Shown here: piece by piece, positions 36,075-46,715 of the stretch
Position numbering within the stretch: position 1 is the stretch's first letter
Layout of the letters: the number at the start of each line of letters is the position of its first letter
Source: Candidatus Bathyarchaeia archaeon
Lineage (GTDB): Archaea > Thermoproteota > Bathyarchaeia > Bathyarchaeales > Bathycorpusculaceae
DNA length: 64,000 nt
NCBI GenBank assembly: GCA_049512935.1
Contig: JBEKWR010000001.1
Span: forward strand, 96,001-160,000
Direction of reading: 5' to 3'
Program-made: the position numbers and the translations under genes
Notes under the pieces: model-generated
Databases searched by the model: none
The model's input: the letters and a program-made list of their open reading frames with translations, nothing else
What the model was told of the DNA's origin: nothing

Positions 36075-38279
36075 TTGAGCGAAGTTCAACTACGCGTCGG
36101 AGATGCACGACAAAGAGACGTGGGCAGAGGAATCGCCCGCATAGACCAGCGGACAATGCAGAAACTAGGCATAAGCGCTGGCGACGTAATAGAAATCATT
36201 AACAAACGCACGACTTCGGCTATTGCTTGGCCAGCTTACAGTGAAGACCAGAACCGCGATATCATACGAATCGACGGCTTCACGCGAAAGAACAGCGGCG
36301 TAGCCATAAACGAGTATGTTGTTGTGCGGCCTGCAAAAGTCAAAACGGCGTTAAGCTTGACTCTTGCTCCTGTTGACATGCGCCTTAACGTTGACGAGGA
36401 CTTCACTAACTTCGTGAAGAACCGCCTTATGGAGCGCACCCTTGTTGAAGGCGACACCACGCTGGTTATGATGCTGGGACACGCCATACCGTTCACCGTT
36501 TCAAAAACCCGTCCGCACGGCATAATAAAAGTCACAACTGAGACGCACCTGACCATACTGAATGAGCCAGCGCCCGAAGGCAAAGGCTTACCCAGAACCA
36601 CGTACGAGGACATCGGTGGTCTGCATGAGGAAATTCAGCGAGTCCGCGAAATGGTCGAGTTGCCGCTTCGGCATCCTGAGCTTTTCCAGCGGTTAGGAAT
36701 AGAGCCGCCGAAAGGAGTTCTGCTTCACGGTCCGCCAGGCTGCGGCAAAACGTTGCTTGCCCGAGCAGTCGCGAACGAGTCAGAGGCAAACTTTTACTCC
36801 ATTAACGGTCCAGAAATCATGAGTAAATTCTACGGTGAATCTGAAGCGCGGCTGCGGGAGATTTTCCAGCAGGCCCAGCAAAACGCTCCAAGCATAATAT
36901 TCGTCGATGAACTCGATGCGATAGCGCCTAAAAGGGAAGAAGTCACGGGCGAAGTTGAAAGGCGCGTCGTCGCGCAACTCCTCGCTTTGATGGATGGGCT
37001 CAGCGGAAGAGGAAACGTCATAGTTATCGGCGCGACTAACCGTCCAGGCGCTCTTGACCCAGCCTTGCGTAGACCTGGAAGGTTTGATAGGGAAATAGAA
37101 ATCAGCGTACCCGACAAGAAAGGGAGGTACGAGGTGTTGCAGATTCACACGAGAGGCATGCCGCTTCACGGTGTTGAAAAACCTGAAGAGGAAAAGTCCG
37201 CTGAAGATGTTGACCTTAAGAAACTTGCTGACATGACGCATGGTTACACAGGCGCTGACTTATCAGCGTTAGGCAGAGAAACAGCCATGAAAGCGCTCCG
37301 CAGATATCTGCCGCAAATTAACCTTGAAGAAGAACGCATTCCACCCGCCGTGCTGGAGAAGATGGAGGTTACGATGGACGATTTCTTGGGCGCGTACAAG
37401 GAAGTTACGCCTACTGCAATGCGTGAAGTTTACATTGAGGTTGCAACGGTGCATTGGAGCGACATCGGCGGTTTAGACAGCGTCAAAGACCACCTTAAAG
37501 AATCCGTCGAGTGGCCGATCAAGAATCCTGAAATGTTCACCCGACTTGGAATTAGAGCACCAAAAGGCATTCTACTTTATGGTCCACCTGGCTGCGGCAA
37601 AACCCTGCTTGCACGGGCGGTCGCGACTGAGAGCGAAGCCAACTTCATATCCATAAAAGGACCTGAGGTTTTCAGCAAATGGCTCGGGGAATCGGAAAAA
37701 GCGATTCGGGAAGTCTTCCGTAAAGCCCGCATGGCGGCGCCGTCGGTCATATTCTTGGATGAGATAGATTCTCTTACGCCGAGACGTGACATGGGCATGT
37801 CTGACAATGGCGCTTTCGAGAGGGTCATAAGCCAGTTGCTAACGGAAATGGATGGCATAACAACCCTGCAAGACATCGTAATTATCGCCGCGACGAATCG
37901 CCCTCACATGGTTGACCCCGCAGTGCTTCGCCCAGGCAGGTTCGACCGTTTAATCTACGTGCCTGAACCAGATGAAAAGAGCCGCCTGCAAATCTTTATG
38001 CTGTACACGAAGGGTATGCCAATCTGCAGCGATGTTGATTTGAACGTGTTGACCACCCTGACGAGGTACTATTCTGGCGCCGACATTGAATCTTTATGCA
38101 GAGAAGCCGCTATGCATGCCTTGCGCCGAGATGTTAAAGCACGCGAGGTTACGATGAAGGATTTTCAAGATGCCCTGAAAGAGATGGGCCCGTCGATTAC
38201 GCCTGACATGGAGAAATGGTACAAGGGCTTCATGCAGCAGTTCCGACAAGTACAAAAGCCAGCAACACCCGTTGCTTAG
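36075..38279 (+). CDS. cdc48: CDC48/VCP family AAA+ ATPase
   Basis: N domain ([11 protein letters not shown]), two [11 protein letters not shown] modules, RPGRFDR. Confidence 0.97.
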   Translation: MSEVQLRVGDARQRDVGRGIARIDQRTMQKLGISAGDVIEIINKRTTSAIAWPAYSEDQNRDIIRIDGFTRKNSGVAINEYVVVRPAKVKTALSLTLAPVDMRLNVDEDFTNFVKNRLMERTLVEGDTTLVMMLGHAIPFTVSKTRPHGIIKVTTETHLTILNEPAPEGKGLPRTTYEDIGGLHEEIQRVREMVELPLRHPELFQRLGIEPPKGVLLHGPPGCGKTLLARAVANESEANFYSINGPEIMSKFYGESEARLREIFQQAQQNAPSIIFVDELDAIAPKREEVTGEVERRVVAQLLALMDGLSGRGNVIVIGATNRPGALDPALRRPGRFDREIEISVPDKKGRYEVLQIHTRGMPLHGVEKPEEEKSAEDVDLKKLADMTHGYTGADLSALGRETAMKALRRYLPQINLEEERIPPAVLEKMEVTMDDFLGAYKEVTPTAMREVYIEVATVHWSDIGGLDSVKDHLKESVEWPIKNPEMFTRLGIRAPKGILLYGPPGCGKTLLARAVATESEANFISIKGPEVFSKWLGESEKAIREVFRKARMAAPSVIFLDEIDSLTPRRDMGMSDNGAFERVISQLLTEMDGITTLQDIVIIAATNRPHMVDPAVLRPGRFDRLIYVPEPDEKSRLQIFMLYTKGMPICSDVDLNVLTTLTRYYSGADIESLCREAAMHALRRDVKAREVTMKDFQDALKEMGPSITPDMEKWYKGFMQQFRQVQKPATPVA

Positions 38280-38290
38280 AAGGAAAGTTT

Positions 38291-38521
38291 ATGCCTCAGA
38301 TGAAAACTTGGAAAACCCGACCCGACTACTTTGTGTTATTGGAGATCCTAAAGAAAAAAGGCGACATGACCGACGACGACCTGTTCACCGCTCTTAAAGG
38401 AGAGTTCGAGGATTTAGGCTTCAAAGACTTCAACGGTCTGCTGCTAAATCTGGAAGTAAGCGGCAAAATCCGCACTTCATCCTTGGCCCGTGGGAAACGC
38501 CGAATAGAACTGGTCCAATAA
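38291..38521 (+). CDS. Small winged-helix protein downstream of cdc48
   Basis: ATG 38291; LLEILKKKG.MTD..L..LEVSGKI pattern. Confidence 0.75.
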   Translation: MPQMKTWKTRPDYFVLLEILKKKGDMTDDDLFTALKGEFEDLGFKDFNGLLLNLEVSGKIRTSSLARGKRRIELVQ

Positions 38522-38531
38522 CAACGTTACG

Positions 38532-39779
38532 ATGACCGCGCTCACCCAGTCAACAGGCACCGCTTCAGACGCCATAATCATCGGAGGCGGACCCGTCGGC
38601 TCATACGCAGCCTTAAACTTAGCCAAAGCAGGCATTGAAGCAACGGTTTTTGAAGAGCATCCCCAAATCGGGTACCCGTCTCACTGTGCTGGGCATATAA
38701 GCATCCGAAGCCTACGCAGCATGGGGTTGTTTCCGCTTCCCGACGGGATTGTGGAGAACACTTTTCGCACTGCAAACTTTTACTCGCCTAAGGGCACCAA
38801 GTTTTCAATCCACCTTACCCGCCCAGTGACAGCCGCTTTGAACAGGGCACGCTTCGACCAGTACTTGGCTAAGCAGGCAGAAAAAGCGGGCGCACATTTT
38901 GCCCTAAACAGCCGCGTCCAAACGCTTGTTATCCGAGACGGCTTCGTCAGAGGCGTAAACATCCAGCGGAACAGTGAAGAACAGGTGCAAGCTGCCGGTA
39001 AGGTAATTGTTGATGCCGAAGGCATTTCTTCTAGGCTTTTAAGGCAGGCTGGTTTGAAAGCGCTCAGGCCAGAAGGGCTGGTTTACGCGGTTGAAGCTGA
39101 AGTTGAAAATGTGCATGATGTTGAACGTGACGGGGTTGAAGTTTACTTGGGCAGCGCCTACGCATCGGGCTTTTATGGATGGCTGATTCCGAGGCTTGAT
39201 GGAACTGCTAAGGTGGGGTTGGCGACAAACAAAGGAAACCCCCGTGATTGCCTCCGATTGCTTATGACTAAGCATCCTGTGGCTTCCAGACAGTTTAGCG
39301 GCGCCAAAATAATGCAGATCGGCTATCACGCCATAACCTTGGGCGGCCCAATCGAGAAGGCTTACGCTAACGGATTCTTGTCCGTCGGCGACTGCGCCTC
39401 GCAGGTTAAACCCACCACGGGCGGCGGAGTAATCTTCGGGTTAACTTGCGCGAAAATTGCGGCGGAAACCGTAAGCCAAGCCATACAGCAAGGTGACTTT
39501 TCGTCCAACGCGCTGCAGGTTTATCAGAAGCGTTGCTCCGACCTGTTGAGTTTTGATTTCAACGTTATGCTTAGGCTGCGGCGGTTCCTTAACTCTTTGT
39601 CTGACGAGAAAGTTGACGAGATGCTTCGGGTCTGCAGCAAGTTGGGCGTCGATAAAGCTCTAAGCAACGAGGATGAGATTGATTTTCAGGGAAAAATGAT
39701 TCTTAAATCGGTCGGGAAGCCTTCCATGCTGGCTGCTTTGGCTTATTTTGCGATGCTTTACTTGTCTGCAAACCCTTAA
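38532..39779 (+). CDS. Geranylgeranyl reductase family FAD-dependent oxidoreductase
   Basis: IIGGGPVG, HCAG, YGWLIP, VGDCASQVKPTTGGG. Confidence 0.92.
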   Translation: MTALTQSTGTASDAIIIGGGPVGSYAALNLAKAGIEATVFEEHPQIGYPSHCAGHISIRSLRSMGLFPLPDGIVENTFRTANFYSPKGTKFSIHLTRPVTAALNRARFDQYLAKQAEKAGAHFALNSRVQTLVIRDGFVRGVNIQRNSEEQVQAAGKVIVDAEGISSRLLRQAGLKALRPEGLVYAVEAEVENVHDVERDGVEVYLGSAYASGFYGWLIPRLDGTAKVGLATNKGNPRDCLRLLMTKHPVASRQFSGAKIMQIGYHAITLGGPIEKAYANGFLSVGDCASQVKPTTGGGVIFGLTCAKIAAETVSQAIQQGDFSSNALQVYQKRCSDLLSFDFNVMLRLRRFLNSLSDEKVDEMLRVCSKLGVDKALSNEDEIDFQGKMILKSVGKPSMLAALAYFAMLYLSANP

Positions 39780-39814
39780 AATCTCGGCTGCCTAACATAG
39801 AAGCGGGAAATGCA

Positions 39815-40177
39815 ATGGGCGAATTCGAGTACAAGCAGGTTCTGGTTTTCCGCAAGGACCTCAAGATGGGTAAGGGGAAGATTGCTGCGCAGGCTGGGCA
39901 CGCGGCGGTTTCAGCAGCTCAGGAAGCGTATATTCACAACAAAAAGTGGTGGGAGGCATGGTTTTTCGAGGGGCAACGCAAAATCGCTGTTAAAGTGGAG
40001 TCGGAGAAGGAACTGCATGAGTTGGAGGATGCCGCGGCAAGGTTGGGTTTGCCTCATGCACTGATTGTTGATAGGGGTTTAACGCAGATTCCTGAGGGCA
40101 CGGTGACTTGCCTAGGGATTGGTCCTGCTCCTAACGGGTTAGTTGATAAGTTAACCCGTGATCTTCCGCTTTTCTAA
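39815..40177 (+). CDS. pth2: Peptidyl-tRNA hydrolase type 2
   Basis: DLKMGKGKIAAQAGHA, DRGLTQI, LGIGP. Confidence 0.96.
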   Translation: MGEFEYKQVLVFRKDLKMGKGKIAAQAGHAAVSAAQEAYIHNKKWWEAWFFEGQRKIAVKVESEKELHELEDAAARLGLPHALIVDRGLTQIPEGTVTCLGIGPAPNGLVDKLTRDLPLF

Positions 40178-40188
40178 GGCGAGTTTTC

Positions 40189-41559
40189 TTGTCTGCGCCG
40201 CCCATTGACAAACAGCTCGGCATCGAAGTTTACCTCACTGAAAGCCCCGGCGTGGGCGGCGTCATCCGCGGCGAGGTCGAGGATTTTGTGGTTGAGGAAG
40301 TGCTTGTTGACGGCTCCAGAGCACGGGTAAGCGGAGTTGTCCCAAGCAGGGTTTTAGGCTCAACTGTTGAGCGGCAACGGTTTTTGCTGTGCGTCATGGT
40401 TAAGCGAAACTGGGACACGTTCATAGCCGTGAAGAACATTGCGAAACAGTTGGGCATTGACCAGAACCGTATCCAGATTGCAGGCATCAAAGACGCAAAA
40501 GCCGTGACGGCTCAGCACATAACTGTTGACGGAGGCTCATTGGAGGATGCCGCAAAAATCAACGTTAAAGACATCCAAATCGTCCCTGTGGGTTACGTTC
40601 GCGAAGCGCTTTCAACCTTTTACTTGCTCGGCAACAGCTTCACAATAAAAATCAAAGGCATCGAACTCCAGAAATCAAGCGTTGAAACACGTTTAGCCCA
40701 CACAATCGGGGAAATCGAAGCTGCCGGTGGCATTCCAAACTTTTTTGGGCACCAACGCTTCGGAACAACCCGTCCGATTACGCATTTGGTTGGAAAAGCC
40801 ATTGTAAGAGGCGATTTTAAGCAAGCCGCTATGCTTTTCTTGGCTAAACCAAGCGAGTATGAGCATCCAGCCTCGAGGCAAGCGCGCCAGCAGCTTCAGG
40901 AAACAGGCGATTTTAGGCAGGCGCTGGAGAATTTTCCTCGGCAGCTTCGTTTTGAAAGGTTGATGCTGGGTCACTTGGCGGATAACGCGGAAGATTTCGT
41001 CGGTGCCTTCCAACAGTTGCCCGTTAAGCTTCAGGAGCTTTTTGTTCAGGCGCATCAGTCTTACCTGTTTAACCGCTTCCTAAGTGGGCGGCTCACGCAT
41101 GGTTACGCTTTGAACAGGGCTGAGGCGGGGGACTGGGTTGTCAGCGTTGAACGTTCAGGCTTGCCCTTAACTAAAGTGGCGAAAATTGTTGCAGCCCAAG
41201 ATGAGGCGGCGGTTAATGAGCAAGTCAAGGCTGGCAAAACGCGGGTCGCTTTGCCCATCATCGGGGTGCGGCAGAAGCTGTCGGAGGGAGTCATGGGGCA
41301 GATAGAACGGGACGTTCTTGAGGGTGAAGCGGTTAAATTGGAAGAGTTGCGTGTGAACCCCCTGTCAAGGGTCGGTGGCAAAGGCGGGTTGCGGACGGCG
41401 GTTGCTCCTGTCAGAGACTTCAACTTCCATGTTTCAGCAGACACGAGCGAGAAAGGCTGCCAAGCCGAGTTAAGCTTCATGCTGCAAAGAGGCTGCTACG
41501 CGACCGTGCTTCTCAGGGAAATAATGAAACCTGCTGACCCGTTAACCGCTGGGTTCTGA
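40189..41559 (+). CDS. truD: tRNA pseudouridine(13) synthase
   Basis: EDFVVEE, AGIKDAKAVTAQ, PNFFGHQRFG, GCYATVLLREI. Confidence 0.96.
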   Translation: MSAPPIDKQLGIEVYLTESPGVGGVIRGEVEDFVVEEVLVDGSRARVSGVVPSRVLGSTVERQRFLLCVMVKRNWDTFIAVKNIAKQLGIDQNRIQIAGIKDAKAVTAQHITVDGGSLEDAAKINVKDIQIVPVGYVREALSTFYLLGNSFTIKIKGIELQKSSVETRLAHTIGEIEAAGGIPNFFGHQRFGTTRPITHLVGKAIVRGDFKQAAMLFLAKPSEYEHPASRQARQQLQETGDFRQALENFPRQLRFERLMLGHLADNAEDFVGAFQQLPVKLQELFVQAHQSYLFNRFLSGRLTHGYALNRAEAGDWVVSVERSGLPLTKVAKIVAAQDEAAVNEQVKAGKTRVALPIIGVRQKLSEGVMGQIERDVLEGEAVKLEELRVNPLSRVGGKGGLRTAVAPVRDFNFHVSADTSEKGCQAELSFMLQRGCYATVLLREIMKPADPLTAGF

Positions 41560-41567
41560 AGCTCGCA

Positions 41568-42050
41568 TCATTCGACGTATAAAACGGACGGCTCGTTCTT
41601 CAGTAGGCTTTGTGCGAATGCTTCTGCTTGTTTTAGGTCATCCGCGTTCGGTCTGCCCTTGTTTGTGCCGCCGACGATTTTAAGCGGTCCGAAAGTGTCG
41701 AAGGCTGCGCAGTTAAATTCTCCGACAACAGTGTACCCTTTAGACTCAAGTTTTTCCTTGAGCGGCTTGTGGAATTTAGCCGCGGCTTTTCCCGCTCTTC
41801 CGCTGGTTGAGAAAATGAATGCTTTCTTGCCTGTGGCTTGCGGGATTTTGTCGGCGAGTTCAAGAAGGGTTTTGCCGAGTTTCCCGAAATAAACCCCTGA
41901 GCCGAAACCGACAAGCTCATAATTTGCAAGGCTGTTTGGGTCGGTTTGCTCGGGAGTTTTTATTTCTGCACCAATAACCTTGGCGATTACTTGGGCGACT
42001 TTCTCCGTGTTTTTATGATGATAAGAAAACAGGATTATAACCGAGTTCAA
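41568..42050 (-). CDS. Flavodoxin family protein
   Basis: SYHHKNTEKVA, GFGSGVY, FSTSG, NKGRP. Confidence 0.9.
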   Translation of the reverse strand: MNSVIILFSYHHKNTEKVAQVIAKVIGAEIKTPEQTDPNSLANYELVGFGSGVYFGKLGKTLLELADKIPQATGKKAFIFSTSGRAGKAAAKFHKPLKEKLESKGYTVVGEFNCAAFDTFGPLKIVGGTNKGRPNADDLKQAEAFAQSLLKNEPSVLYVE

Positions 42051-42155
42051 TTTGAGGCACGCAACCTGCCAGTTGTAGAGGCAGCAACCCGTATTTTAGC
42101 GCTGTGGTCAGTAAGCAAGGTTGATAAGCAAGCGCAACTTCAGAATTGCTTGAGG

Positions 42156-42728
42156 ATGCCTCCTTCTATGGAAAATGAACAGCAGCGGCAATGCGTCATA
42201 CCTCTTCATAGACCCAGCTGGAAAGAGTACGCGTTCTTTTTCATTTCAGGCATCTTGGTTAGCGTGCCGATGGCGCTGTTCTTCTCACAGGCTTACCCGT
42301 ACGTTCCCGTGATAATATCCGTCGCCGTTTTCGCACCCTTCGTGGAAGAGTTCGCCAAAGTTTTCCCGCTGTTCTACAGGCACGGCGAGACCGAAAGATC
42401 CTACGTGAAACTGGGCGTTCTAATCGGGCTGGGCTTCGGCGTTTCAGAGTTTTTCTTGTACGTGGTTTTCTTGCATGTTCCCCCCATCGTTAGAATCCCA
42501 GGCGTGATTTTCCACGCGTCAAGCGCGGCGGTCACGGCTTATGGCATAGCCAAAAAGAATCCGCTACCGTACTACCTGATTTCGGTTGCGCTGCACGCGA
42601 CAAACAACTTTTTTGCGGTTACAAGCGTCCCCGTGGGCATATTCGCCGAGTTGATAGTCTTAATCACCGTTTACCTTCTTGCTTGGCAATTTTACCATAA
42701 AGCCTCAGACGAAAAAATGGTTGTTTAA
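42156..42728 (+). CDS. PrsW family intramembrane glutamic protease
   Basis: APFVEEFAK, GLGFGVSE, FHA, LHATNN. Confidence 0.88.
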   Translation: MPPSMENEQQRQCVIPLHRPSWKEYAFFFISGILVSVPMALFFSQAYPYVPVIISVAVFAPFVEEFAKVFPLFYRHGETERSYVKLGVLIGLGFGVSEFFLYVVFLHVPPIVRIPGVIFHASSAAVTAYGIAKKNPLPYYLISVALHATNNFFAVTSVPVGIFAELIVLITVYLLAWQFYHKASDEKMVV

Positions 42729-43258
42729 GCCTCAACCTTGTCTGTTCTTGCCAGGTCGCGGAGCCTGTTGACGCCGTCTATTTCACAGATGAAGTCGGCG
42801 ACGCTTTTGGGAACAAGCTCTCGCCAGCTGTCGTCGCCTTGAAGCATTTTTTCCCTAACCACCGTTGACATGTACTGTTTCCTGTCAAAGAACGGTATGT
42901 CCCTCACTGGGTAGCCGGCTTCCGTAAAAAGCCTCTTCGTCAAAGGCTCGTTTGAGAATACAGTATTAAATTTTGGCGTGTAACCTTCAAGCGCGCTGAC
43001 CCATAGCATATGCAGATGGACGTCTGGAACGGGAACAATCCAAAATTTGGAGTAGTCAACGTTAGCCTCCTGCAGGGCACGGCGGATCATGACCAGCCTT
43101 TCGCCTGCCGTGAACGGGTTGTTGATGTTGTGACTGTACTGCGCGCTGCCGATGACTATGACCAGTTCATCAACTTTTTTCAGCACCGCCTTGACTGCGC
43201 CAAGATGCCCTAGATGGAAAGGCTGAAACCTGCCTACGTAAAGACCCCGAGTAACCAA
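42725..43258 (-). CDS. nadM: Nicotinamide-nucleotide adenylyltransferase
   Basis: GRFQPFHLGH, IGSAQ, NPFTAGER, W.ELVP. Confidence 0.95.
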   Translation of the reverse strand: MVTRGLYVGRFQPFHLGHLGAVKAVLKKVDELVIVIGSAQYSHNINNPFTAGERLVMIRRALQEANVDYSKFWIVPVPDVHLHMLWVSALEGYTPKFNTVFSNEPLTKRLFTEAGYPVRDIPFFDRKQYMSTVVREKMLQGDDSWRELVPKSVADFICEIDGVNRLRDLARTDKVEA

Positions 43259-43330
43259 CTTTCCCTACCTGCCCATTTACGGTTGAACTCTCATGCTTTT
43301 ATGATTTGCGTTAAAAAAAATTTCAGAGTT

Positions 43331-43915
43331 TCAAACCAGATTTCCAAGCACGCATTCAACAGGAAAAACCGTGAGGTTTCTGCCGTTTACGGGTATCTGT
43401 TTCGAGGTTGAAGAGCCTTTTTTCTCCCGCCTTAGAAACTCAACTTTGACCTTTAAGCCTCCGCCGTAACCGCCAAGTGTAAAGTCGGATTTGACGACCC
43501 TGTGGCAGGGAACGATGGGCGCGAAGGGGTTTGAAGCCATGACGTTTCCCACCGCCCTCGGGCTGCCGCCTATCGCTTTGGCGATCGAGCCGTAAGACGT
43601 AACGTAGCCAAGCGGAACCTGCAATGTCGCCTTCAGCACCTTCTGCGTGTAGGCTGGCAGGTGCGAGTAGGCTAACGGGAAGGTGGCGTTGACGTTTTCT
43701 CCGTCGTAGATTTCTTTCAGGGAAGCAAGGATGTCTTTGGCGAACCCTGAGGGCTCATGGAAAACCTGGAAAGGCGTATTGTACGGAATTATCGTTAACA
43801 TGTTGCCTAACGTCTGCTGTTCGCTTGTGCTAAAAGACGACGCGATGATTTGCTGTTTAGCGTAGGCGACCCCGAACCATACACCATCCAAGTTTTGGCT
43901 GTAGACTTCAATCAT
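43331..43915 (-). CDS. ogt: Methylated-DNA--protein-cysteine methyltransferase
   Basis: RAVG...NP..VPCHRVV. Confidence 0.95.
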   Translation of the reverse strand: MIEVYSQNLDGVWFGVAYAKQQIIASSFSTSEQQTLGNMLTIIPYNTPFQVFHEPSGFAKDILASLKEIYDGENVNATFPLAYSHLPAYTQKVLKATLQVPLGYVTSYGSIAKAIGGSPRAVGNVMASNPFAPIVPCHRVVKSDFTLGGYGGGLKVKVEFLRREKKGSSTSKQIPVNGRNLTVFPVECVLGNLV

Positions 43916-44076
43916 CTGTTATAGCCCTCACCCGATTTCAAAGCTAAGAGAGCACGCTACACCATAAAGGTTCTGCGTCTACCCGCCGTTTCAGGTCGCC
44001 TCCAACGCATGGAATTGCTTAATAAGTAACCTTAATAATTTGTCTTGTGTATATCAACGGGAAAAGGCGAAAATTT

Positions 44077-44766
44077 ATGGAAGGTTACGGACCACAATTA
44101 CCCCAATTACCGCAAGTTCCGCAGTACCCGCAGATTGCGCAGGATCAACAGCAGCAGGCTCAGCAGGGCGGCATGGTGTGGATGCCAGGCGCCACAACGG
44201 TCGGCGTTGTCTTCAAAGACGGAGTGCTCCTAGCCGCTGAGAAAAGGGTAACTTACGGCTATTTTGTCATGAGCAAAGGCGGAAAAAAAGTTTTCAAAGT
44301 CACAGAGCGAATCGGCGTTGCATGCGCGGGGCTTGTGGGCGACATGCAGATTCTTGCGAGAGAAATGGAGGCGCAAGCCAACCTTTTCAGCATGGACACT
44401 GGCAGACAAATCACCGTTCGCGCAGCTGCTAAGCTGATGGCTAACGTGCTGTTCAACAGGCGTTACGCTCCACTTTTCACCCAGACGATCGTGGGCGGCT
44501 TAGACGAGGAAGGCGCATCGCTTTTCGTGCTTGACGTCTTAGGCTCCCTCATCCCAGACAAGTACGCGGTTGTCGGTTCAGGAACTGAAATCGCCATCGG
44601 CGTCATCGAAGAAGCCTACAAGGAGACCATGAGCGCAGATGAAGCGAAACAACTTGTGATGCGGGCGATAAAGTCTGCGATAAGCAGAGACTCGATGAGC
44701 GGCGACGGCATAGACTTCCTCATCATAACCAAGGAAGGCATAGCTGAAGAATCAATAAAGTTCTAA
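44077..44766 (+). CDS. psmB: Proteasome beta subunit, probably non-catalytic
   Basis: PG-ATTVG (Ala at the Thr1 position), AAEKR, CAGLVGD, GSG, RDSMSGDG; PQx-repeat N-terminus. Confidence 0.92.
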   Translation: MEGYGPQLPQLPQVPQYPQIAQDQQQQAQQGGMVWMPGATTVGVVFKDGVLLAAEKRVTYGYFVMSKGGKKVFKVTERIGVACAGLVGDMQILAREMEAQANLFSMDTGRQITVRAAAKLMANVLFNRRYAPLFTQTIVGGLDEEGASLFVLDVLGSLIPDKYAVVGSGTEIAIGVIEEAYKETMSADEAKQLVMRAIKSAISRDSMSGDGIDFLIITKEGIAEESIKF

Positions 44767-44849
44767 AACAACTTTTCCTCACCATTTTTTGTTCTTGCAA
44801 CTGTTCAGCGGCGCCCACGCGCTGCCGAAACTTAAAGGAGTAGAAGCGT

Positions 44850-45473
44850 ATGTCGTTTGAGCTAAGTTTAGATGAAGGAAAATTCCTAATCAACCTGGCA
44901 AGAAACACGGTTAAAGAATATCTTGAAGAAGGAAAAACTCTTAAGCCCCCAAAAGGCACCCCTGAAAAGCTGTTTGAACGCTGCGGAGTCTTCGTCACTT
45001 TAAACAGCGTTAGGAACGGGGAAAAGGAGCTTCGCGGCTGCATCGGATACCCTTACCCGACCAGCCCGCTTGTGGAGGCAGTAATTGACTCCGCCATTAA
45101 CGCCGCAACTCAGGATCCACGGTTCTACCCCTTATCCCTTGACGAACTGGGCAAAGTTGTTTTTGAAGTAAGCGTCCTGACGCCTCCGCAACCAGTCCAA
45201 GTGGACAACCCAAAAGAGTACATGAGCAAAATCAGGGTTGGCGAAGACGGCTTAATCGTTGAAAAAGGCTTCTACAAGGGACTGCTTCTGCCGCAGGTTC
45301 CTGTCGAGTGGGGATGGTGCGAAGAAGAGTTTCTTTGCCAATGCTGCGTCAAGGCAGGCCTACCGCCCGACAGTTGGCTAACAAAGGGCGCCAAAATATA
45401 CAAGTTCAAAGCTATCATATTTGAGGAAGAAACGCCGCTTGGCGAAGTTAAACTCTTAAGCCTAAGCAAGTAA
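44850..45473 (+). CDS. AMMECR1 domain protein
   Basis: GVFVTL, LRGCIG, DPRF, GLLLPQV, CVKAGL. Confidence 0.95.
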   Translation: MSFELSLDEGKFLINLARNTVKEYLEEGKTLKPPKGTPEKLFERCGVFVTLNSVRNGEKELRGCIGYPYPTSPLVEAVIDSAINAATQDPRFYPLSLDELGKVVFEVSVLTPPQPVQVDNPKEYMSKIRVGEDGLIVEKGFYKGLLLPQVPVEWGWCEEEFLCQCCVKAGLPPDSWLTKGAKIYKFKAIIFEEETPLGEVKLLSLSK

Positions 45474-45480
45474 CAAACGG

Positions 45481-46620
45481 TTAATCCTGTAGGGTTTCCA
45501 CGATTTCTTCCGCCCTGTCTAAACCCTTAAACCTGTTAGAGAACACGTTTAGCGTCCGCATGTTTCTGTCAAAGGATTCCTGTTCATCATCCATTCTTTC
45601 AAAAGCCTTCTCTAACTGCTTTCTGTTCTTGACGGTTATTGAGCAGTTTAAATCCTGCAGTTTGGCAGCGTTGCCCTGCTGTTCCGGCTGCGTTGGGATG
45701 CAGATGCTTGGTTTCGCGTACTTGATGGTTTCAAAGCATGTCGCGTGTCCACCGCTGAAGATCACAAACTTGGCGTTCCTCATGCATTCTGCCCGTTCTT
45801 CAGCAGACAGCCAACTGTGAAGCTCGCAGTTCCCCACTTTTGCAGTGGCTTTCTTGCCGGGAGTGCCTAAACTAACGATGCATTTGGTTTTTATTTTTTC
45901 TATTACTGGAAGCAGAATCTTTAACATTCTGGCTCTCGTGCCGGGTGGTCCGCTTATGGGTGCAAAAATGTGCTGCTTTGAGCCCGCAACGGGCGACGTG
46001 TCGACGAAGCTTCCGACGTACTCAACCTTCCCGTCTAAACCCATATTATCGATGTTTCCGACACTGTACTCTGAAATGGTGTAGGGCGGAGGATTGTCGG
46101 GAATGATTATTTTTGAGCATCGCTTGACGTACCGTTCAACCAGCCGTTCGCCAGGATTAAGGAAAGCGGAGAAACCGTAGCTTGGTCTAATCAGGTTAGC
46201 TATGTAAACTGAGGGGAACCCCCACCGTTGAGCGAGCCTAAGCGCGTTTATGTCCCCGTCCGCGATGAGAAGGTCGGGCGCCAATTCACGAATGTTTGCC
46301 CTAAGGTCGTAGTAGCGGTGGATGGTTTCCCAAGCGTTGGAGTTTTTCATTTCAAGCTTGTTCTTTTCAAAGTTGAACCATGGAAGCGGAAAAAACAGGT
46401 TAATGAGCGATGCGGAGGTGATTATGCCGTAGGAGTTCTCATACCAAGATATCGGCGTGCACTTGTAAACGTGGCTAAACTCCTTCTGCAACATCTCGTA
46501 GGCTTTGCCTCCTGAGAAAAAGAACATTTCGTGACCATGCTTCTCCAGCCGTTTCCCTAACGGGATGATGCGTGAAACATGACCTAAGCCAAGCTCCGAA
46601 CAGCTAAACAGCAGCCGCAT
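45481..46620 (-). CDS. GT-B glycosyltransferase (family 28 / MJ1255-like)
   Basis: GLGHVSR, GGHAT..E, QPEQQGNA. Confidence 0.85.
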   Translation of the reverse strand: MRLLFSCSELGLGHVSRIIPLGKRLEKHGHEMFFFSGGKAYEMLQKEFSHVYKCTPISWYENSYGIITSASLINLFFPLPWFNFEKNKLEMKNSNAWETIHRYYDLRANIRELAPDLLIADGDINALRLAQRWGFPSVYIANLIRPSYGFSAFLNPGERLVERYVKRCSKIIIPDNPPPYTISEYSVGNIDNMGLDGKVEYVGSFVDTSPVAGSKQHIFAPISGPPGTRARMLKILLPVIEKIKTKCIVSLGTPGKKATAKVGNCELHSWLSAEERAECMRNAKFVIFSGGHATCFETIKYAKPSICIPTQPEQQGNAAKLQDLNCSITVKNRKQLEKAFERMDDEQESFDRNMRTLNVFSNRFKGLDRAEEIVETLQD

Positions 46621-46715
46621 GTGCTACCGTTACGCCGACGATTTATTTTAACTATCCCATACCCCGCGTGGAAAAAACTAAGCAGTTTTAAGCTAGTTGC
46701 TGACACTAAATTGGT

